Assembly (NCBI GenBank): GCA_036269625.1
Contig: DATBEF010000140.1
Coordinates: 188-64,187 of the forward strand
Origin: Bryobacteraceae bacterium
GTDB lineage: Bacteria; Acidobacteriota; Terriglobia; Bryobacterales; Bryobacteraceae
Length of the DNA stretch: 64,000 nucleotides
Reading direction: 5' to 3'
The notes under the pieces are model-generated. The model was not told the origin of the DNA, made no database searches, and worked only from the letters and a program-made list of their open reading frames with translations. The position numbers and the translations under genes are program-made. How positions within the stretch are numbered: the stretch's first letter is position 1; every line of letters begins with the position of its first letter. Of this stretch, positions 58,538-64,000 are shown one piece after another.

Positions 58538-59143
58538 CTATTTGAACTCCAGAATCTCTTTCTCTTTCGCCTTCGCTGCCTGGTCCAGCTTGGCAATCTG
58601 CGAATCGGTCAGCTTCTGGATCACGTCCAGCGCCTGCCGCTCGTCGTCCTCGCTGATCGCTTTGTCCTTCAGCATCTTCTTGAAATGTTCATTCGCATCT
58701 CGCCGGATGTTGCGCAAACCCACTCGCCGCTCTTCCGCCACATGACTCAGCTTCTTCGCTAGATCCCGCCGCCGTTCTTCCGTTAAGGGCGGCACCGGCA
58801 CCCGAATCAACTTGCCGTCGTTCCCCGGGTTCAGCCCCAAATCGGCGCTGCGGATGGCCTTCTCAATTGCGCCGATTAGTGACGTATCATATGGCTGCAC
58901 GGTAATCATCGCCGGCTCCGGCACATGCAGCTGCGCCACCTGGTTCAGCGGTGTCGGATTCCCGTAATAGTCCACCCGAACGTTGTCCAGCAACCCGATA
59001 TTCGCCCGCCCCGTGCGGATGTTGCTCATTTCGTGCTGCAATTCCAGCAGAACCTTGTCCATGCGCGCCCGCGCATTCGACTCCACTTCCTTCACGCTCT
59101 TAAAGCCGCTTCCGGCTGGAACCGCTTGCTGTTCTGGTTTCAT
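58538..59143 (-). CDS. frr: ribosome recycling factor
   Basis: IRTGRANIGLLDNVRVDYYGNPTPLNQVAQL..LGLNPGNDGKLIRVPVPPLTEERR. Confidence 0.93.
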   Translation of the reverse strand: MKPEQQAVPAGSGFKSVKEVESNARARMDKVLLELQHEMSNIRTGRANIGLLDNVRVDYYGNPTPLNQVAQLHVPEPAMITVQPYDTSLIGAIEKAIRSADLGLNPGNDGKLIRVPVPPLTEERRRDLAKKLSHVAEERRVGLRNIRRDANEHFKKMLKDKAISEDDERQALDVIQKLTDSQIAKLDQAAKAKEKEILEFK

Positions 59144-59157
59144 AAGCTTGGTTTTTA

Positions 59158-59865
59158 CTAGCGAATCATGGTGCCGATCGTCTCACCCATCGCCATTCGC
59201 ATTATATTGCCGCTCGCTCTCAAGTTGAACACGACAATCGGCATGCTATTGTCGCGGCACATCGCCACCGCCGACGCATCCATAATCGCCAGCGCCTTGG
59301 AAAGAACTTCCGTATAACTCACTTCCGGGTATTTGATCGCGTCCGGGTACTTCTTGGGGTCTTTATCGTAGACGCCATCCACGCTCGTCGCCTTCGCGAT
59401 CACCTGCGCGTGTATTTCCAAGCCGCGCAGTGTCGCCGCGGTATCGGTCGAAAAGTAAGGATTCGACGTGCCGGCTGCGAAAATCACCGCGCGGCCTTTC
59501 TCCATATGACGTATCGCGCGCCGCCGTATGTAGGGCTCGGCTACCTGATGCATCTGTATAGCGGTCATCACGCGCGTCGGCACGCCTTGCCGTTCCAGGG
59601 CATCCTGAAACGCCAGCGCATTAATCACCGTCGCCAACATGCCCATATGATCGCCCGTAACCCGGTCCATGCTCTGTGCTGCCGCTGCTACGCCGCGAAA
59701 AAAATTGCCGCCACCCACCACCAAACCCACCTGCACGCCCGCACGGACCACTTCGGCCACTTCGCACGCGAGTGATCGCACGCGCTCTGGATCCAATCCA
59801 AACGCATGCGCTCCCGCCAGTGCTTCACCGCTGATTTTCAGTAAAATCCGTTGATAAGCTGCCAT
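59158..59865 (-). CDS. pyrH: UMP kinase
   Basis: [58 protein letters not shown]. Confidence 0.95.
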   Translation of the reverse strand: MAAYQRILLKISGEALAGAHAFGLDPERVRSLACEVAEVVRAGVQVGLVVGGGNFFRGVAAAAQSMDRVTGDHMGMLATVINALAFQDALERQGVPTRVMTAIQMHQVAEPYIRRRAIRHMEKGRAVIFAAGTSNPYFSTDTAATLRGLEIHAQVIAKATSVDGVYDKDPKKYPDAIKYPEVSYTEVLSKALAIMDASAVAMCRDNSMPIVVFNLRASGNIMRMAMGETIGTMIR

Positions 59866-59898
59866 TCAGTCTCTTACTGAGGATAAACGAGTAGCGGT

Positions 59899-60300
59899 TC
59901 ACCCGATGTGAATGTTGATGTCTTTTCCTGCGGCCTGCCCGATCTTGTTGTTTGTTCCGGAGGCATTTGCCGTCTGCGTCGCTGTAATACCTGCGCCGGC
60001 CGCCACCGCTTTCACCAATTCGGTCAGTTGTTGCCGAAACTCTCCGTCTTTCTCAGCCATTTCTTCAATCTCCAGTCGCAGAGCTGTTAGCCGCCTCTCG
60101 TTCTCCGGCTCCGCGATAGCCCGATCCAGCGTAGCCTCCGCCGGTTTCCCGCTGAATTGTGACTTGAGCCAATCGAACAGTTTCTCGCCGGACTTACTGA
60201 GGAAACCGTCCGCAACTTTACCCGCTTCCGCCGCCGCAAACGGAATCAGCGGAGCAATCGCTGTCATAGCCTGCTGAGCAAGCTGTGTGATGTCATCCAT
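59899..60300 (-). CDS. hypothetical 133-aa helical protein, overlaps the stop of the TPR-tail ORF
   Basis: Intact ORF with ATG, overlapping the upstream ORF by 8 nt. KLFDWLKSQFSGKP.., an acidic coiled segment, and a G/N/T-rich tail ..ASGTNNKIGQAAGKDINIHIG. Confidence 0.5.
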   Translation of the reverse strand: MDDITQLAQQAMTAIAPLIPFAAAEAGKVADGFLSKSGEKLFDWLKSQFSGKPAEATLDRAIAEPENERRLTALRLEIEEMAEKDGEFRQQLTELVKAVAAGAGITATQTANASGTNNKIGQAAGKDINIHIG

Positions 60301-60733
60301 TCAATTCTCCTGATTCAAATAAGTGGATATACTGGCCCAGCAAATCCCAATCCGGCTCCAATTCTACCTGCCGGCTGACGTTCACATAATCTTTGACCGT
60401 AATCCTCGCGAGCTCATCGAAGACGCCAGCGAAATCGCGGTGGAAGGGAGCAAGCAAACGCAACGACTCCGTCGCCGCATCGCGCGCTTTCGAAATTTGT
60501 TCCGTCGTCTCCAGACAATCGCCAAGCACGCTGAGTGACGTCGTCAGATCTGGGACGAACGCATCCGGATTAGCATCGGCCAGCTTGCGGCGAGTGCTGA
60601 CGGCTTCCTCAATGGAGGCTAGGGCTCTTGTGTGCAGGCCCATCTTGCCCTGTCTGACCGCGGAATTGTTAAGCGATAGGGCAAGCACATGGAGGAAGGT
60701 GTCAGGATTGGCCTCCGCCAACACACGATAATG
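60293..60733 (-). pseudogene. C-terminal tail of a large TPR (TPR_10/12-type, STAND-associated) protein gene
   Basis: ANPDTFLHVLALSLNNSAV..ALASIEEAVSTRRKLADANPDAFVPDLTTSLSVLG..LLAPFHRDFAGVFDEL..ELEPDWDLL. No N-terminal NTPase part; similarity starts at the junction near 60730. Confidence 0.6.
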
Positions 60734-61158
60734 GCGAACGCACGCCCATGCAGTGGAATTCCGAGGCCGACGCAGGGTTTAGCACCACCGCGAAGACGTG
60801 GCTGGCGCCGGTCTCCGACTACAAATCGGTGAACGTGGCGAGGGAAGAACAGAACAAGTCCTCTCTGCTTAACTATTACAAGACCTTGATTCAGATGCGT
60901 AAGCGGAATACCGCGCTTCGCGCCGGCGGCTTCGCTTTTATTGACGAGAACAATCCTTCCGTGCTGTCCTTTGTGCGCAAGGCCACACCGTTCTGGTGTC
61001 GCTGAACTGCACCGCTCAACCGCAGACGGTCGGTCTGAAGCTTGACGGTCACCCGAGGCCACTGCTGGTCTCCTTCTCGCCCGCTTCTGAGGTCCTGAAT
61101 ACGGAGAGCCTGGAACTGGCACCGGTTCGGATCGCTGGTGGCCCAGGTGAATCGCTAG
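60727..61158 (+). pseudogene. GH13 alpha-glucosidase-type gene, C-terminal remnant with frameshifts
   Basis: DNGERTPMQWNSEADAGFST..SLLNYYKTLIQMRKRNTALRAGGFAFIDENNPSVLSFVRK, then a frame switch to VLVSLNCTAQPQTVGL..LELAP, then another switch to FGSLVAQVNR*. Confidence 0.7.
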
Positions 61159-61517
61159 GCCGGGCGTTCACGGACCTTTCGAAACCGCCAAATATACACG
61201 CCCAGATTGATGCCACAGACGGCGAGGCCCATGCCGACAAGCGTTGCTTCCGGAATATCGGGGTACACAAGGCGGTCGAGGAAATGCGATACGAACGCGC
61301 CATGATACGCCGCCGCTCCGGCCTTCTGTTCAAAGAATTGCTCGGCGATGGTCAAAGGACAGGGCAATGGCGATACTTCGACCACAATTCCCCAGAGTAG
61401 TGAAAGAATGTGGAACGCGGCGAGTAGCGGGCGGCCTCGGGTCCAGAACGCTCCGAATATGACCCACAGAATCCAAACCAAATGAATTGTGAGCACCGCG
61501 CTTGCGAGCACATTCAT
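61155..61517 (-). CDS. DUF2784 family membrane protein
   Basis: LTIHLVWILWVIFGAFW..HILSLLWGIVVEVSPLPCPLTIAEQFF..YHGAFVSHFLDRLVYP. Confidence 0.75.
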   Translation of the reverse strand: MNVLASAVLTIHLVWILWVIFGAFWTRGRPLLAAFHILSLLWGIVVEVSPLPCPLTIAEQFFEQKAGAAAYHGAFVSHFLDRLVYPDIPEATLVGMGLAVCGINLGVYIWRFRKVRERPA

Positions 61518-61579
61518 ATGCTACGAATGTTCGGGCTGTCCTTGGTAAATGCGCGGGAGGTCTTGTAGAGTATGGATTT

Positions 61580-62365
61580 ATGATCTTGGTGCGAAACCTG
61601 GTGAAAGAGTTCGGCAAGGTTACCGCCGTCCGTGATATCTCGTTCAATGTGGATCGGGGCGAAATCTTTGCGTTCCTGGGACCCAACGGCGCCGGGAAGA
61701 CAACGACGATCAAGATGCTGACGACACTGCTGAAGCCAACGAGTGGCGAGGTCGAACTGGACGGGCTGAATCCGGCAGTCCACAAGAACGAGGCGCGCAA
61801 GCGGTTTGGCATTGTATTTCAGGACCCAAGTTTGGATGACGAGCTAACGGCCTACGAAAACATGCACCTGCACGGCGCGCTGTACAAAGTGCCAAGCAAG
61901 GTGAGGGCGGAACGCATTGAGGCTCTGCTGCGGCTATTTGAGTTGTGGGAGCGGCGGAACGATCCGGTAAAGCAATTTTCCGGAGGCATGAAACGGCGGC
62001 TAGAGATTGCCCGCGGGTTGTTGCACACACCGAAGATTCTGTTCCTGGATGAGCCTACGCTGGGACTGGATCCGCAAACGCGCAATCAGCTCTGGACGCA
62101 TGTGAAAAAGCTAAACACGGAGGAGCAGGTAACGGTGTTTCTCACGACGCACTATATGGAAGAGGCTGACCGGGTGGCGCATCGCATCGCGATTATCGAT
62201 CATGGCGTAATCGTCGCGCAGGGGACGCCAAAGGAGCTGAAAGAGCAGACGAAGGCGGAGTCGCTGGAGCAGGCATTTCTGGCATTGACGGGCTCGACCA
62301 TTCGCGACGAAGAGGCCGGCGCGATCGACCGTATGCGATCGATGGCGCGCGCGTTCCGAAGGTAG
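61580..62365 (+). CDS. ABC transporter ATP-binding protein (ABC-2/DrrA-like)
   Basis: ATG 61580 (MILVRNLVKEFG). Walker A GPNGAGKTT, signature FSGGMKRRLEIA, Walker B ILFLDEP. Confidence 0.9.
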   Translation: MILVRNLVKEFGKVTAVRDISFNVDRGEIFAFLGPNGAGKTTTIKMLTTLLKPTSGEVELDGLNPAVHKNEARKRFGIVFQDPSLDDELTAYENMHLHGALYKVPSKVRAERIEALLRLFELWERRNDPVKQFSGGMKRRLEIARGLLHTPKILFLDEPTLGLDPQTRNQLWTHVKKLNTEEQVTVFLTTHYMEEADRVAHRIAIIDHGVIVAQGTPKELKEQTKAESLEQAFLALTGSTIRDEEAGAIDRMRSMARAFRR

Positions 62366-62368
62366 AAT

Positions 62369-63112
62369 ATGACGGCGATTTACATTTTGTGGGTGCGGCA
62401 ATTGAAGCGGTATGTGCGTTCAAAGCCGCGGATCATTGCCGCGTTGGGCCAGCCGCTATTGTTTCTGCTGGCGCTGGGATTTGGGTTTGGACCGATTTTT
62501 CAGAAGGCGGGGCAAGGGAACTATATTCAGTTTCTAGCGCCGGGTGTGATCGGGATGAGCGTGTTGTTCACGGCGGTGTTTTCAGGGATCGAACTCATCT
62601 GGGACCGGCAGTTCGGCTTCTTGAAGGAGACGCTTGTGGCGCCGGTGCCGCGGATTCTGATCATCACGGGGCGGACAGCCGGCGGGGCAACGGTAGCGAT
62701 TCTTCAGGGCTGCATAGTGGTGGTGATCTGCCTGATCGCCGGATTTCGACCGCACTTGAGCGCAGCGCCGCTTGGACTGCTTTATATGTGCTTGATCGCG
62801 ATCCTGTTCACGGCGCTGGGTACGACGCTGGCTTGCTTGATGTCGGACTTTCAGGGATTTCAGTTGGTGATGAATTTTTTGGTGATGCCGATTTTCTTCC
62901 TCTCGGGCGCACTGTTTCCGCTGTTAAATGTGCCGAAGGTATTGGCGGTGCTGGCGAGCGTGGATCCACTCTCGTACGGAATCGACGGGCTTCGTGGGGC
63001 GCTAACCGGCGTGTCGTACTTTGGCGCTGTGACCGACGTGGCGGTGCTGAGCCTGATTACGGGTGCACTGCTGGTGCTGGGAACGTACCTGTTTTCGAGG
63101 ATCCAGCTGTAA
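62369..63112 (+). CDS. ABC-2 type transporter permease
   Basis: 247 aa with six hydrophobic segments. Lies 3 nt after the ATPase gene. Confidence 0.85.
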   Translation: MTAIYILWVRQLKRYVRSKPRIIAALGQPLLFLLALGFGFGPIFQKAGQGNYIQFLAPGVIGMSVLFTAVFSGIELIWDRQFGFLKETLVAPVPRILIITGRTAGGATVAILQGCIVVVICLIAGFRPHLSAAPLGLLYMCLIAILFTALGTTLACLMSDFQGFQLVMNFLVMPIFFLSGALFPLLNVPKVLAVLASVDPLSYGIDGLRGALTGVSYFGAVTDVAVLSLITGALLVLGTYLFSRIQL

Positions 63113-63132
63113 GTTTCAATTCCGAATTTTGG

Positions 63133-63576
63133 TTATGATCGGCCTGCGGCTTCGGCGGCGGCGGGGATTTTTAATGTATCGCCGGGATGGATGACGGAAT
63201 GCTCGTCTTTCAGCTTGTCGGGGTTCGCTGAAATTATCGATTTAAACAGATGGCCCTTTCCGTAGAAGTGCTCACTGATTTTCCAAAGGGAATCGCCGGG
63301 CTGCACGGTGTAGGTTTGCTCGGATGGCGCAGACCGCGGTTGGGTGGGCTGCGGCAGACTCGTATCAACATTGATATCGGCGGTTAGATCGGAGTATTGG
63401 GGGTCAACGGCCTTGATCTGGTTCCAGATTTCATTCTTGATGTCTTGGGAGGGCGCCGCGCCCTGCATAAACAGCTTGTTATCCTGCACGTGCAAGTGCG
63501 ACAAGACGACGCCCCTCTGTTTGATTGCGTCCAAAACGGGTTGATATTTATTCTTCAGCTCTTCTAAACGATCCAT
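63133..63576 (-). CDS. BON-LysM protein (Kbp/YgaU-like)
   Basis: N-terminal BON-like VVLSHLHVQDNKLFMQGAAPSQDIKNEIWNQIKAV. C-terminal LysM YTVQPGDSLWKISEHFYG..IHPGDTLKIP. Confidence 0.8.
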   Translation of the reverse strand: MDRLEELKNKYQPVLDAIKQRGVVLSHLHVQDNKLFMQGAAPSQDIKNEIWNQIKAVDPQYSDLTADINVDTSLPQPTQPRSAPSEQTYTVQPGDSLWKISEHFYGKGHLFKSIISANPDKLKDEHSVIHPGDTLKIPAAAEAAGRS

Positions 63577-63590
63577 GTTGTCCTCTCGTA

Positions 63591-64000
63591 TCAGCGCTCA
63601 CGCAGAACCGTGACTACGTCATCGACCGTGATGACCCCGATCAGGCGCTTGTCTTCGTCCACCACCGGCAGACTAAGCAAATTGTATTTATCGAAAAGTT
63701 CAGCAATGCGGTCCTGCGTTTCATCCGGATAGACGAATAAAAGGGGTTCGCTCGCCAAATTTTTTAGCGATTCGTCGCCAGCGGCAAAGAATAGGCGTGC
63801 CAGCGGGACGCGGTGGGATAAGCGCTCTTCGTTATCCCAAAGGTAGAGGTCGTGGATCTCTTCAATGCTTTCCTGGGAACGCAGGGCCTCGATTCCATCG
63901 GCGACTGTGCCGCTTTCGCCGATAGCCACAAAGCGCGTTTCCATTAGGCCTCCGGCGGAGTCATCGCGGAACTCCAGCAATTCTTCGACTTCCTCCTTCT
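63591..64000 (-). CDS. MgtE-N/CBS-pair domain protein, 5-prime partial at window edge, no TM domain
   Basis: DDSAGGLMETRFVAI..DKYNLLSLPVVDEDKRLIGVITVDDVVTVLRER*. The stop comes directly after the CBS pair, and the next gene starts 15 nt later. Confidence 0.7.
   Translation of the reverse strand, partial: KEEVEELLEFRDDSAGGLMETRFVAIGESGTVADGIEALRSQESIEEIHDLYLWDNEERLSHRVPLARLFFAAGDESLKNLASEPLLFVYPDETQDRIAELFDKYNLLSLPVVDEDKRLIGVITVDDVVTVLRER

Noticed and set aside
62389-63138. 249-aa ORF overlapping the ABC-2 permease in another frame.
   Set aside because: The permease frame gives six clean hydrophobic helices and sits 3 nt after the ATPase gene. The alternative frame is G/R/A-rich and not membrane-like.
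1-64000. Search by eye for tRNA, rRNA, tmRNA, riboswitch-like leaders and CRISPR arrays in the intergenic regions (e.g. 19876-20003, 25106-25341, 32611-33100, 40210-40478, 42794-42867, 46072-46235).
   Set aside because: No T-loop/acceptor-type patterns, rRNA-like stretches or regularly spaced repeats were recognised. This is a negative by inspection only and should be confirmed with covariance-model tools.

Overview
Moderately GC-rich bacterial chromosomal segment, probably Acidobacteriota. That assignment is an inference from the carboxypeptidase-regulatory-domain TonB receptor, the giant Ig/FG-GAP surface protein and the Tat-signal sugar enzymes. All family calls come from motif recognition by eye, not from searches. 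Junction coordinates of pseudogenes are approximate (about +/-10 nt).

Layout:
- 1-34.4 kb: mostly housekeeping and envelope genes. These include a GNAT, two divergent GT2 glycosyltransferases, a 2593-aa secreted protein built as 4 x (Ig-Ig-seven-bladed FG-GAP propeller), cysE, alaX, rbfA, apbE, hemE, hemY, ddl, an S41 protease, a single-domain protoglobin, a YdiJ-like FAD/Fe-S oxidase and a PoxB-like TPP enzyme.
- 33.1-46.1 kb: a decay and mobile-element zone. It starts with an inactivated emrAB-like operon. It contains two convergent degenerate large-serine-recombinase modules, nested IS21/IS66 remnants, an IS1595-type transposase pseudogene splitting an AAA ATPase gene, a second istB remnant and a truncated MBL-fold gene. 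An apparently intact comM sits in the middle.
- 46.2-58.5 kb: the most interesting part. It is a TonB-receptor-linked acid-sugar locus with two enolase-superfamily proteins, a UxuA-type dehydratase and an RraA/aldolase-like protein. All four carry Tat or Sec export signals. A larA-like racemase and an FMN hydroxyacid dehydrogenase gene pair follows.
- 58.5-64 kb: frr, pyrH, a deletion joint between a TPR-protein tail and a GH13 tail, an ABC-2 exporter, a BON-LysM protein and a CBS/MgtE-N protein (partial).

No rRNA, tRNA or CRISPR array was seen.
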